Part shown: positions 37,557-50,600 of the stretch, one piece after another | How positions within the stretch are numbered: the stretch's first letter is position 1 | Layout of the letters: every line of letters begins with the position of its first letter | From: Atractiella rhizophila | Lineage: Eukaryota | Direction: 5' to 3' | DNA: 64,000 nt | Assembly: GCA_021432655.1 (NCBI GenBank) | Contig: MU271192.1 | Coordinates: 1 to 64,000 of the forward strand | Program-made: the position numbers and the translations under genes | Notes under the pieces: generated by a model | Told to the model about the DNA's origin: nothing | Seen by the model: the letters and a program-made list of their open reading frames with translations, nothing else | Databases searched by the model: none

Positions 37557-39534
37557 GCCGCTTTGCGCAGATTTCCCTTCTCCTGAACATGACTCCCCAT
37601 TTCCAAAGTTGCATTTTCCCTTTTGGAGACAAAGATGTGCAGATGTTGCAAAAATATATGACAAAACCCGCTCATGTTCAACAACTGTATCCCTTGTCAG
37701 CTCGAAAACGAAACTCAGAACTGTGTTTCATCATCCAAATTCCCATCCTTGACATTGCTACATCGGCACTTGTTGACAGCAGGGCAACCACTTCCTTTAT
37801 TTCCCAAAACATTTCTGCATACAACCTACCCGTCACTCAACTCCCTTCCTCAGTGCCTGTTTATAATATCGACAGATCTCTCAATCAGGGAGGTTCCATC
37901 TATTCTGTCGCTTATTTACCCATTTCCGCTGCGCTCATCACAAAGTTTGGCAATTTGTGGTGGCAGAGTTGGGGACGGTTGAGATGATTCTGGGTCATGA
38001 TTGGTTAAGATACCACAACCCAAAGATTAACTGGGTGTTATGGAAAGTTGAGTTCTCTTGCTGCCCCACCAGTTGCAACATGTTTGATGTGTCTACTACA
38101 TGCAAACAATTTCCATCGTTGTCTGCTTCAATACGAGCTGCCATGATGAAATCACAGAAACTAGCGAAAGACGTGGCAGCGATGGGACCAAAAAATGTTG
38201 TTGAAATACCAGCGCAAATCACTGACTTTCAGACATTTTTGACGACGAAAAATGCAAAACTTCACTTCCTCTCCGGTGACCTTGGGGACCATGCCATCAG
38301 CCTCAAACCAGAAGCTTGACCACATACTGGTCCTGTCTACCCTTGAAGAGAGATGAACAAGCGGTGCTCAACCAATTCATCGATGTGGAACTAAGCGCCG
38401 GTCGTATACGTCCCAGCACAGGAGCACATGGCACTTCCATTTTTTTTATGCACAAAAAGGACTCACCTGAACTTCATCCCTTTTTGACTATCACAAGTTG
38501 AATGAAGCCACAGCCAAAGACAAAACATCACTCCCCATCCAAGCTGACCTCTTGTCCATGGTCTTTGCTGAGAAATTCCCCAGCAAGATTGACCTGAGGA
38601 AAGGTTTCAACAATTTGAGCATCAAAGATTGAGCGAACACAAGCGATGCGTCACACAAATTGTGGACTTTTCTAACTGTTGGTAACGTATTTTGGAGTCT
38701 GCAACTCACCAGCGACTTTTCAGGCATTCCTGAACTCTATTTTCGCACGGTGATCATTGCTGTGTTCATCTTCATATACATTGACGATATCCCGATTGTG
38801 ACAGAGACTGAAGAGGAACACTGGGAACGTATTCAACAAGTTTGTCAAATTTCACGCAAAAATGGACTTTATGTAAATTTGCCGAAATGTGTTTGGTGTC
38901 AAGATGAGGTGGAATATCTAGGTTTGATCATTTCCAGCAGAGGGATCAAACCAGATCCAGTACAAGTCACAGAAGTGATGGATTGGCCAGAATCAGGAAA
39001 CATGAAAGAGGTCCAAATGTGCTTCGGCTTCGCTCACTTCTACCACCACTTTTGCGACAGATTCAGTCACATCGTGCGACCTTTATATGAACTGACAAAA
39101 AATGAGGTTTCCTGGGTCTAGGGGTAGATCAGCCACATTCGTTAAAACAGCTCACGATTTCAGCGCCTATTTTGGCACATCCTGAACCAACAGGATGATT
39201 TTTGCTCAAAATGGACACATTGAAGTTCACAACAGGCACCGTTTTGTCGCAAATGAAGTCAGATGACAAGTTTCATCCTCTCAGTTTCGTATCAAAATCG
39301 CTCGATGCTGCCTGGAGGAACTATGACACCTATGACAAAGAGATGCTCGTGGCTATGTGTGGACTGCAAGAATGGAGACATCTCCTTCAGGGCACTGATG
39401 AGCCATTTCTGAATTGACACATCACAAAAACCCACATTAGATCACAGAACTTGAATCTTCCAACTTCACACGTTTATATCGCCCCGGGATGAAATTCCAC
39501 AAAACCAGATGCGCTCAGTCGGTGACTGGACCAC

Positions 39535-40340
39535 AAACCGGCAACTTGCAACAATTTTGGCTCACAATGACGGGGGAATAGATGAGCTTAATCTCACTAT
39601 GTTTCGTGAATTTTGCCGTCGTGGTCGATTGGAGGCTTTCTTAAACGATCCACAGCTGCCAATCAAGCACTCCGCTCTGAAGCACATTCTTCCGAGCACC
39701 ATCTGCTCTCGAACGTCGTCAATGTCACTCAATGACGGCACTTTCGTACTGTCAGATGATCAACTTATCAGCTTTCAAAAGCAATCGAAACTTCTCAAAG
39801 ACTCTGATTACAACTCAATTCTTACGCTCATTAACAGCGAGTTGCGGGCGCGGAAGAAGCAAAAGCATCATACGATGCTTTCTGAGCGCTTATCTCAGAA
39901 GGATCTCTGCAACATTTTTGTGCATTTGGCCGATATCTCCAACAGATCTCGTACAAAGGGGGAATGATCAGTCGAAGAGGAAAACACAAGGGCAACAGTG
40001 GAGTAATATTCCGAAAAGGGGATGCAGAAGAATGGGGAGAAGTTATTGATATCATTCAACACGGGAGGGAGGATGGACAAATTGGTTGGGTATGTGAGGT
40101 TTTCCTTCAAGTTTCCATTTATTCCAACATCGGCGCACGACCTTTATCATTTGACCCATTTCTTAACTTTCCTGGTCTCAAAGCAAAGGCTTTTTACTTT
40201 GGTATCAATAGCTGAAAGGAGATGATCAAACTCAACCAGGTCAAATCACATCATGCACACATTGCACCACCTTTTGGCACGCTTGGTATCAAAGATGAAC
40301 GCATAGTTTTAGCAATTGATTTGGACAGGGGTCATTCTGA
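39535..40340 (+). pseudogene. C-terminal fragment of another CACTA-like transposase
   Basis: GIDELNLTMFREFCRRGRL, GNSGVIF..WGEVIDIIQH and DPFLNFPGL resemble C-terminal regions of fungal Tnp21-type proteins. Confidence 0.5.
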
Positions 40341-42245
40341 ATAATAGTTTGATTTTTTCATTAGCCTGTTGCTTGCAAAGCAGAATATACATTTATGTGA
40401 TATTCACCAATCTCGTAGGATGTCACCATGTCAATTTTAAGATGACTGGTCACCTCCTTCATGCAGCGCATCATGTCCTCACAGCTTGTATCCCCTAAAG
40501 ACCAATGCAGACTTTGTCAGCTGCTGAGTCAAAGACAAGGCTATGGCTACCAGGAAACAAGAGGGCATTGAGCTTGAGAATCTTCTCCTGCGTTGAGGAC
40601 GGTGTGGGGAAGACTCCGATATCGCGACCGAGTGCTGGGACGGTCTGCCACCTCGCCTGATAGGTAAAAGCTCGCCTTGATTGAGTGGGAGGTGAGGCGC
40701 ACCTTTCAGGCTGGCCAAACCTCCGCAATCAGTTGCCGGAGGGCCCTGTCGGCAGGCCAGACCCAGGCATCGTATTCTTCTCATGTTCGCCATGCTGGCA
40801 CAGTCCAGCCTCTCAGGAGGAGCCGAATTATTGATAGGGTGACCTGCAAGATTGACCTTCCTTTTGTCGCCATGGAGCGTTTGTCAGCGCGGATAAGAGC
40901 AGGAGCAGGATGAGGGAGCTTTGGAAGGTCACAGCTGCATATAGGAAACAGGAGGGGCTTGACTTGGAATGAACCTGCATCTAGATAGCAATCAAATAAG
41001 ATAGTGAGAACAAGGTCATGTTCTCACAGAAATGGATGCTCTATCCGGGGTGGATCCGTCAACAACGCAGTAAGATACCACATCTGGAGGAGTAATGTCA
41101 TATTTGGCGGCGAGAATCTACTGAAGTGAGGGCTTTCGAAGTTGTTCCATCGCGCAGGCAGGGATGGGCACATGTCGGCGATGGAATGCAGGAGCAGCGA
41201 AGGACTCCTCAACATACTGTGTGAACTGGAAGGGATTTCGAAGAAACTAGGGAATTCGAGGAAGAGGACGACGCTTGGCATCTCGATGAGTTGCGGAATC
41301 CAACGTTGTGTGTGAAGTCGCATGTAGCCGTCATAACCAGCGAGAGATATGAGGTGCGATTCACTTGCGGTAGGATTCGGAAATGCGGACACATAAGGGT
41401 GGGGAACTGCTCGAAAAAGTAAAGTTAACAGTGGAGTGGAGGTGTAATATAATGATGTACTCGCCAAATTCCTCCTCTCCCTCAATCCTGAACCAGTTCT
41501 CTGCTCCGCCAACCATCGTCCGAGCTCTACCCTACGCGGGCTAGTGCCATACCTGGTAGGGCTAGCCTCATGCTCATCAGCGCAGCGACAAGGTCCTGAC
41601 AAAGTGGCTGGACTCGAACAATTTCGAGTGGCGGAAATGACGTCCGGAGCCGAAAAATCTGGCTCCGGAGCGAATGTTTTGGCTTGACAACAGCTACAGG
41701 ACGGAGGTGGCCGGAAGCGGAGACCTGAATGTGATTCACTTGTCCGTACGCAGAGAACTCCAGTCCAATCCATCATTATTTGCTTTCCTCACTATCCCTG
41801 TTAGGCCAATCTCACCCCAAAATATTGCGATGGAGTTCATCTGAATTCCATTGATGATGCACCCCTGCTGTTACTCCTGTGCGGCTCATGTGATCACCGC
41901 CGAAGGAAGAAAGGCCTTCGTCATCCTCTATTTTTTCCCTCACCACCATCAACTCAACTATTCCCCTCTCCAACTCCTTGGCCTCGCCACATCTTTGTAG
42001 GTGTAATTCTTTGTTGAGCTTGTGAATTCAACACTCATCAGCAAGGGGAAAGACGTTGACAGAGAGGCTAGCCTTGTTACACCCCCGTTAAGCGGAGATA
42101 ATTCCCTCAATTCGCTTTCAATCCCCAATGCCACCGTCACAACATCCCAGAGAGGTCACAACTGAGGAAAAATCTGCGGCCACCTCTAGCTCGACGGCCT
42201 TGACCAGGTCTCCTCCATCGCCAACTTTCTTGACACCACAGAATA

Positions 42246-43292
42246 TTGCAGAAAATACCTTGTGTATGTTATAAATGTCATTTCAATCAATTTCGAGCGT
42301 CACTCACTGTGAGTTTGCTAGCTTGTCTGGGACGGGATGGACACGCAATGACTAAGGAGGAGTTTTTGTCGTACCATTCCACGACCAATCCTTCCATGAC
42401 ACAGACACAGGAATCGTTGTGGAACATCAGCTTCAAGGATGGGAGCGAGAGTTCTGCAACCCATGGAGTCTCGCGAATATATGATGATTACACTTATCCT
42501 CTTGTGCGGTTTGAACTCAGGGTCCTTTCTACGAAGTTCGAGGGCGCGAATCTTCGCCTTGCGTCTTCGTTCCTAGCTGTATGTGAGGACCCAAGCCACG
42601 ACTTAGTTGCAAGAGGAGATACAACAGACACGTTCTATCTGGATCGTGACGTGGAAGGACGGTATTATCTAGTGCATCGCAGTCTCACTTTCTCGACGGA
42701 ACTACGACCTGAACTGCTGGAGCGTCGTCCGCCTGTTCAACTTGACAGCTTTGGGAAGATGGCCCGGAACCGCGATGCTTCAAGACGTTATGATATGTAT
42801 TTGCGGTTAACCTACTTCACGAGGCAGTTGCGAGAGTTGAGGAAGGCTTCGAATCCTTCCTTGGGGTTCTCAGCTCTTGCCGCTTCCATCGCCGCGAATC
42901 CTACCCTTCCCATCCAAGTCAGGAGCGGCTTCGCTGTCACTGGTACGGTCATATCATCCGTATCATGCCTTTTCTTCACTTCTGGGATCCTCGTAGAAGT
43001 CTTGGAGACTAAAATACGACGACTCATTCTCGAAGTCTATTCACAGAGTCAACTAATGGAAACTCATCCTCGTCCTCGCTCTAATTTCACCAGAACAGTC
43101 ACCTCCGTCAAGCGCTACTTGGCACTTTTTGTTGCCTGTGGAGCTGTCGCAGCCTCTGTGGCTTCCCACCCCGACATTCCGGAAAGCACCAGGCGGCTGT
43201 TCGCCACCGCTGGGATCGTCCTTGCCGCCACAGGATGTGCTCTACATCGTCAGCTGGACAGCCTCCCTGATTGTCTCGCATGGTGTCGCTGA
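42246..43292 (+). CDS. Hypothetical membrane protein with two repeated hydrophobic hairpins
   Basis: 348-codon stop-free ORF. Internal repeat FSALAASIAANPTLPIQVRSGFAVTGTVISSVSC / CGAVAASVASHPDIPESTRRLFATAGIVLAATGC. Confidence 0.5.
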   Translation: MQKIPCVCYKCHFNQFRASLTVSLLACLGRDGHAMTKEEFLSYHSTTNPSMTQTQESLWNISFKDGSESSATHGVSRIYDDYTYPLVRFELRVLSTKFEGANLRLASSFLAVCEDPSHDLVARGDTTDTFYLDRDVEGRYYLVHRSLTFSTELRPELLERRPPVQLDSFGKMARNRDASRRYDMYLRLTYFTRQLRELRKASNPSLGFSALAASIAANPTLPIQVRSGFAVTGTVISSVSCLFFTSGILVEVLETKIRRLILEVYSQSQLMETHPRPRSNFTRTVTSVKRYLALFVACGAVAASVASHPDIPESTRRLFATAGIVLAATGCALHRQLDSLPDCLAWCR

Positions 43293-44739
43293 AACTGAAG
43301 TGAAGGGCGAAGCAAACCTGCCGGTGGAGCTCAAGGCTTTTGGTTCTCTCCCCCCACCCTCCGCACTCTTCGGTAACATCCTCCCTGACCTCGCAGCTGG
43401 TGGTAGTGGTGGGGGAAGAGGGGGACTTGGAGGGATGTCGATGGGCTTGGGAGCCTCGCCTATGGCTTCAACTAGTAATCATACGCTCGACATGGGTGGA
43501 TTAGCGGGATTGGGAGTGTCCGGTCTCGGAGGAGGAGCTGGAGCGAGCGCTGGTTCGGCTTTGAGCATGGGTTTAGGTGGAAGTGGGAGCGGACAACCAA
43601 GTCAGGCATGACAGCAGGACATGAGAAACCCCCCTCCGTCCAAACCTCGATCTGAAAGAGATGCTGAAAGCGGGAGGTTCTTCCCAATCTCCACCTGGTT
43701 TATCCTCCATCCCTTCACTCACCGGACCTGGTCCCTCGACGTCCACTAATCCTATGCCGTCCCATCTATCACCCAGCTAGCCCTCTGATCCGATAAAGAG
43801 GTCTTCCACCTCCCTCGATTTGCCCCTCAGATCTTCAACTGGAGCATCGTGCTCAGGAGGTCCTCATGCCTCTTCCTCCTCCTTGTCGACGGCCAAATCT
43901 CCCGATCCGAACAATTTGACGTGTTCCAGGTGCCACTCGGAAGGGGTAAAATGTTACTGGATCACTGGTATCGATAAATTTGTCCCGTGCGCAGGAACGG
44001 GGAAGGGGTGTTCGAGAAAAGATGTGGCCGGAGCTTGAGGGGATAAATCGTGAGTCGTTTAAACGCTACATGGACGATCTGACCTGACTTGATTGGATGC
44101 AGCAATCGAGTGTCCACTTCACATGGTTCGTCTCCAGCACGCCACTTGTCTCCCCATCCCACCCGTCCATTCCCCTCAAACCACACACCTCCATCCACAA
44201 CCCTCCTTTCCCCCTCCTCAGGCTCCTTAAACTCCTTCGACCAACTCGTCAACTCTATGCTTCCGCCCCATTCTGCTCTCAGCCACACCAAAGGCGCCTC
44301 CTCCGCATCCTCCTCCATGCCCCACCGCATCGCGAACAGCGCGCTCGAGGGACTCGGACTCTGAGTGCCTTCTGTTGGACCTTCTGCCCGGATCGAGTTC
44401 GAATGGGAATAACAACGATCCTTTCAGCAATTTCTTGAACCAGAGCTTGAGGAAGACGCCAACGCCGAGCTCAAGCTCGAATTTGGGTCTGGGTTTGGGA
44501 GGAGGAGGGATGAATGGAGGGGGCGACGGGTCTGCTACCATGAGCAAAGGAATGTTTAGTATTGATCGGTTCTGAATCTTTACCAACTTTTCCTTTTCTG
44601 CATGTACAGGAAATTACTCCTGCTTACGGCAGCGAGATGAATTATTTTGGTGGAACGAACAACAATCAAACTTTGACCTGCCTCCTGCCGCACAGGAGCA
44701 TCTAACACTCAGCCCGAGATTCCAACGAAGCTCGTTCAG

Positions 44740-46006
44740 ACCCAGCTGCGTCCAGACACATTTCGGTGGGCCATTCAAGACTTGATGAAGCATAGGAATA
44801 CTCCCATCACGGGAGACTTCTTCATCGATGGGAAGAGGATTGATCTCCTCCGTTTGTTCCAGGCGGTCCTAACGCACGGTGGTTCCCTCTCTACAACGCA
44901 GAAGAATCAGTGGCCAACGGTTGCGCAGGCAGTGGGCTTCCAGATCAATCCTTCCGATCCTCAACGCTCCATGCAAACCGTCAATCACGTCAAGACTCAG
45001 TACACAAACGTGCTAAACCCTTTTGAGGAGCTTTGGCTCAACGCAATCACCAAAGTGCCACATCCAGGATCTTCTTCTGCCGTAGGAGGAAACTTGTGGT
45101 TGCTGCACAACAAGCAGGTTCAGGTGCAAGGACAACATCCTCCTCCACCCCTTCAGCCTGTTCTTCCAAAGGCAAACGAACCTCCTCCAACTCAGCAACA
45201 ACACCTAGTTCTGACTGCTTCATCCATTCTTGCATTGCCCATTGAGCTGTTGGACCTCATTTTTGATTATCTCCTGGCACAAGAGGACAGAAATTCAACA
45301 TGTGATCTCTGGCAAAACCAGTTCCGGAAGTATGGATGAGTGTACAAGCTATGGCAGGTGCGACTGATGGCACTATCACCGGAACCCAGCACAGCGCAAG
45401 AAAAAGTAACTTATCTGAAGCACTTTAAAGTCTTTCAACGACGTTGGTTCACCATCAAATATGGCTATTCGGACACGAACTACATTTCCCTGCATGCATT
45501 GATTTCAGATATAACCCCAAACCAGGCTGTCTCCCATCTATGCCTCGCACATCCTGTGGGTTAAGGAAGAGCGTGTGCCACTGTTGGAGCTGGCTCATCT
45601 CGAAACCATCAAGCAGTTGGAGTTGGATGGTTGGGATGAGCCTACAGCCATTGATTGTTTGCTCAACCGACGGTTTTCCAGTCTCGTGGTAGTTAAATTA
45701 ACGCGATTGCACACACCTCTTTCAGAGCCTGTGGCCAAGCGCGACCTCAGATGTATGAACGTTAAGCAGCCCCATGTTGAATTTGGAAGCGAGTTATTCA
45801 TGTCTTTGCTGATCAATTTTGGAGTTCAGACGGCACACCAAATGTACTTTCGGCCACTTACCCCAATCTCTCCGTTCTCTGATCAACAGCAACAAGCGCT
45901 CCGACTTGCTGTGGAACCGACGATCCCCCATGCTGTTGATCCCGGGATGCTGACTAACTATACGTCACATTCTATTCTCGATGGAACACGTCTCTGCGGA
46001 GCCTGA
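44740..46006 (+). pseudogene. Chimeric ARID (BRIGHT) + F-box fragment, with stops downstream
   Basis: IDGKRIDLLRLFQAVLTHGG..NQWPTVAQAVGF..QYTNVLNPFEELW (ARID), fused in frame to ILALPIELLDLIFDYL (F-box). Stops and frameshift after 45339. Confidence 0.7.
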
Positions 46007-46165
46007 CAGCACACGACGGGTCCAAAAATCGAACCCGCTCAATTTCAAGGTCGATGACAAGACGTCTAGGAAACTGACGACGCAAACCCAGACACAATTC
46101 CAAAAAGCTGGGAGACTTTTCTATGTCGATTACAGAAATCAAGGGGATTCGATCAAACGGGGCTG
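46005..46165 (+). pseudogene. Possible lipoxygenase fragment
   Basis: RRV..NPLNFKVDDKTSRKLT..TQFQKAGRLFYVDYRNQ resembles the fungal lipoxygenase GRLF.VD segment. Confidence 0.35.
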
Positions 46166-46453
46166 ACTCTGACTTGGGGGTTGGCGACAGATTCCGGATT
46201 CCGTTCCAACCTTTGTCATCCTGCTGACATACTTCGCCTAGCGATGCCGAAAGAGTCAAGTGAATAACAGTCAAGGTGAATTGCAGAAAGAATTACTATT
46301 TCGAGACTCGCCTAATGACATGTTTTCATTCCGCGACTGCCGTTATGATGACTGACTTCATCCAACGATCTCCACACATAAAAGGGAGGTCATCTAACTC
46401 TTACAAATCATCGCCAGTTTCGCCTTCTCAGAGTTACCAAATTATTAAAAGAG

Positions 46454-47329
46454 ATGCCTGTTACTTTGCATGGATCATGTCATTGCGGTGGTCTGTCTAC
46501 TCTCTCCTTCAATCACAACCGTTTAGAGCGCTGATGATTCTACAGAGGTGAACTACACCGTCGAATCAAACACGCCTGTTCCGTATCAGATGTGTTCCTG
46601 CTCCATTTGTCGAATGACTGGAGGGTTCATGGGCAACGTGAACATTATGGTCCGCCCCAGTCTAGTTTACCATCTACAACATACATCTGACCTCGATGTC
46701 CTCTACGAATGTGAAGGCTAACACCAATACTTTGAAGGTCACGAAAGGAGAAGACAAGATCAGGTTCGTCCTCTTCCATTCCCAGGTCATGTTTTGGCAA
46801 ATGGTACCTTCAACTCTCTTGCTGATGATGTGTGGGTAGCAAATATGTTGCACACAAAGATGGCAAAAAGGTGAACAGCACGCGCAACTTCTGCTCCAAC
46901 TGCTCTTCCATGCTTTGGCTGCATGATCCCAGCTGGGACGCATGGGGTGCGCACATCTTTCCTTCCTCCTCTATACCTCCAGAAACGTGATCGATGTGCT
47001 TCCCAGTCTATCCTTTGGCAGCCTCGTAAGTTTCGCTCCACTCAGACAGCTCTCTAACAACGCTGATGCTGTCCATTCAACAGCATCGTCTCCCCCAAAC
47101 TGCCAGAAGTACCAGCGGGCGAATTCAAGGTGATCTTGAAATGCGAACCACATTGTCCTTCCTGTGTGCCTACAATTCCTAGTGAGTGTCCTTCCTTGGC
47201 TTCTTCCCTGCTGTTGGAAGTGGTTCAAATGCTCACATCGGTTGGATAGATTCGAAAACGTACGAAGATTACGGACCCGGCGCAAGCATCGAAGAATGGC
47301 ACAAGAAGAATGGGCAGTGGGTGGAATGA
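46454..47329 (+). CDS. GFA/Mss4-like (CENP-V/GFA family) zinc protein, multi-exon
   Basis: MPVTLHGSCHCG | ESNTPVPYQMCSCSICR, RNFCSNCSSMLW, C-terminal SIEEWHKKNGQWVE*. Short GT..AG introns. Confidence 0.85.
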
Positions 47330-47649
47330 GATGGTCAGACAGAAACGGAACCGGAACTTTTGAGGTCTTCAAGAGGATGAAGTAATGTTGGGAACTAGGA
47401 ATGAGGAAAGGAATAAATCCCTTTCAAAATGATGTTGATTTGCATTCCATTCCACCACAATATCGAATATTGAACCTTGAAATAACGGACATGCAGACAT
47501 TCATAAAACAGCCAAATAGGGAGATGAGCAGATATCAATTGCGACTGATTACGAAATGCATTGTTCCTGAAACAAAACTTGATAGAAAAAGGATAGAACA
47601 AACCGAAAGTCGAAGACGACTAATGCGAGGCAGGTAAGGAGGAGGACGG

Positions 47650-50600
47650 CTAAGAAGAAGATGCTACGGTGGTGGCATTGTTGCCATTCGAGTCGGAGAG
47701 TTGGCTCATGGCAGCCACCGGGATTGCCATCACTTGAATGCCACTTGTGTCCTTCGAATTCGGCACAGGAGCAGAAATATTGGGCACATTTGTGCTTGTC
47801 GTAGGGGCAGCAAGTTGCGACGGTATGCACTTCGGTGTATCCATCGATGGGGTTGAGGATGAAGGCACTGGTTGGTCGGGAGGATTCGTGTCAACAGTCA
47901 CGCCAACGGCGCTATGTGCGAAACAGTGAGCGAAATGGACAGAGAGAGAGGAAGTACGAACCTCTTTTCTTTGTGCAACGTCTTGATATGTCGTACAAGG
48001 GTAGAGTTCCTCGTGAACGTCTTTCCGCAATCGTCGATCTTGCACACATGTTTCTTCTCTCCCGAGTGCGTGTTCCGATGTCGGGCTAGGGACGAAGAGT
48101 CCGAAAAGCTACTCTTGCATCCTGGCCAGTCACATAAATGTGGTTTCTCCCCCGTATGCGTGCGATGGTGCACCGTGAGTGCCGACCGCTTTATCACAAC
48201 ATCGCATGGGTTACTTCGGTGGAAAGAAAGCGGAAATGAGATTGAGGGACTGACCTGCATGAACGCTTTGTCGCATCCTGTAACGGTACACTTGAACGGC
48301 TTCTCGCCCGTATGCGACCTCATGTGCCGTTTCAGGTCTCCTGAGCGTGTGAAGACTTTGCTGCAACCCGCAAAAGTGCAGTGGAGCGGAGGATTAACCT
48401 TCTTCTTCTTCGCGCCTTTCGGTCCTCCATCCTCCACCTCTTCCTCCTCCTCCTCCGCATCCGCCTGCCGCAGCGAAAGGCCGGAAATGGACGTCGAGAG
48501 GGGTAACGTAGAGCTTGAGGTTGAAGCTTCAGCACGAAGATCTAGCAGAGATGGTTGCTTGGACATGGACGGGAGAGGAACAGAGGGTCGAGGGAATTGG
48601 AATAAATTCGGATTGGATTGGTGTTGTAGTAGTTGTGGTTGCCGTTGAGATTCGATTCGCTCAAGAGGCATGACGGATCTTCCTGTCTCACAATCGCTAT
48701 AGGATCTTCCCCTGGCGGCAAGTCCAACTATGGCCCCTGATGATGAGATGGGAGGGAAATTCCCAAACATGCCAGCTCGATCCAAAGCGCCGACATATCC
48801 CTTATCGCTCGAGAAAGCGCGTTTCCGTTTCTTTCCCTCTCCCATCATCATTCCAGGTCCCAGTTCCATATTCATGAGGGACATAGAAGCAGATGACGGG
48901 ATGGGGAAGCCGGAGATGGAGTTACTCTTCGCTTTTCCTCTCTCTCTCCTCACGTTTCTCCCCCACAACCATTCGTCTGCCTGCTCATCTCCTATAGCGC
49001 TCACATTCGGCTCGATGGACAAATTCTCCCAATCGAACCCCAGGCTCTCACTGCTCTCAGGAATGCCTGTGCTAGTTTCTGAACTCAGCATCCCAAACGA
49101 ACTGTCGTCGGTAGGGTATAGACTGCTCATGAGCTCGGAATCGAGGTCGTCCCTGCTCCAGGCCGCTCGGGAGAAGGGGTATTCGGAGTCTAATAGGAAA
49201 GATGTTGGCGGAGGAAGGGAGGAGGAACGATGTACTGGTGGTGGAGTGGAAGGCGTGGAGAGGGAGAGGTGTCGGTTGTGCGTAGGCCTACCGCGAGGTT
49301 CGGAGTAATTGGACGGCGCCGTCGAGGTCGAAGCGAACAATATGGGATCGTATGACGACGCGGTCGCTGGAGTGGCAAAAGGTAAGGAAGGAGGATAAGG
49401 GACGGGAGTGGTTGGATGACTTCGCGTCTTTCCTTTATCCTCCCATTCTCCTCCTCCTCTCCCTCCATCAAACCTAAGCCGTTCATTTTCCACCACCAAT
49501 GGATCAAGAGCTCCAATCTCTCCAGACGAAGTGGTAGCAAAGAGATCAAACAGGTGCAGTTGATTGGGCACGGGGGTGGATGGGTGGCTTTTCGCCACTC
49601 TTTCCTTCTCCCGCACTGTGTTGGTGCTGACACCCGTCAGTCCATTTAGGCTCTGATAGAGATCTAAAGGATTTGGATACATGTACGGGGAGCTGGGTTG
49701 AGACATGGTCCGCGGTTCCCGGCGAGGGATTGAGGTACCAGGGGAAGAGAAGGAAGATACAGGAAGAGGGACGTCCATCGGCTTGAAGGGAGAAGTGAGA
49801 TCCATTTCGAACGGCTTGAGCTGAGCTGCTTGAGGTTGGGGTTGGGATTGTGACTGTGATCGTGAGTGAGAGGACAGGGCGGAAGAGCCTGCGAAGGGAT
49901 GATCCGTCCCTGTGTGGGAGTGAGGGAACATCTCGAGCTCCATCTCCATCGCCTCACTCTCAACGCCTACGTTCGCTGCACCAACTCCTACTCCAACACC
50001 TTCCACTCCTCCACCAAGTGGTCGTTCGATCTGTCCACTGGCCGCCGCTTCCATCGCCTTGTTATAGAATCTCCTCGCTTCATCCAAGAACTCATCCAGG
50101 TCCTTAAATTTGAACGCATCGTCCAAGTTGAGGGAATTGAAGAGGTTGCTCGTTGCCTTTGACGCATTTTGGTTGCGCGAGCGGGTTGGGGTGTTCCATT
50201 GTGGAAATCCTTATATATAAAGCACGACGGGTTTTGACCATGACTCACACATGTACTTTTGAGCCCTTATGTCACCACCCACAACAGTCCTTTCAAAATT
50301 CTGAGCATACAGCAAGAATACGCGTGTCGGCGCCCTTCGAACCGTATACAGCAAAGCCCATTTGAAAGACGAAAAAAAAATTGTTTTCCCCAACTGACTC
50401 ATGTGACTTCTTGGTCCACAACAACCCCCTAAAAATTCTGAGCATACCACCAGAATACGCGTGTCAGCGCCTTTCCAACCGTATACAATAAAGCTTATTT
50501 AAAGGACAAAAAATAGTTGTCTTCCATGACTGAGTCAAGTGACCGACTTCGGCACTTTGACAAAAATTTCCTTACCTACTCAAATAAGGTAGTAGCAAGG

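Larger units (their letters stand above)
36200..39530 (+). mobile_element. Degenerate Ty3/Gypsy LTR retrotransposon (gag-PR-RT-RH), truncated before integrase
   Basis: gag DDMEVD + CQRCQKI*HKEKEC knuckle and GGATTTTT gag end (~37350). Protease ALVDSRATTSFI, MILGHDWL. RT YIDD (~38776). RNase H NYDTYDKEML..LQEWRHLLQG, KPDALSR. Confidence 0.88.

Noticed and set aside
40480..41780. Minus-strand ORFs including the 250-aa 41024..41776
   Set aside because: Possibly gene fragments, but no family could be recognised.
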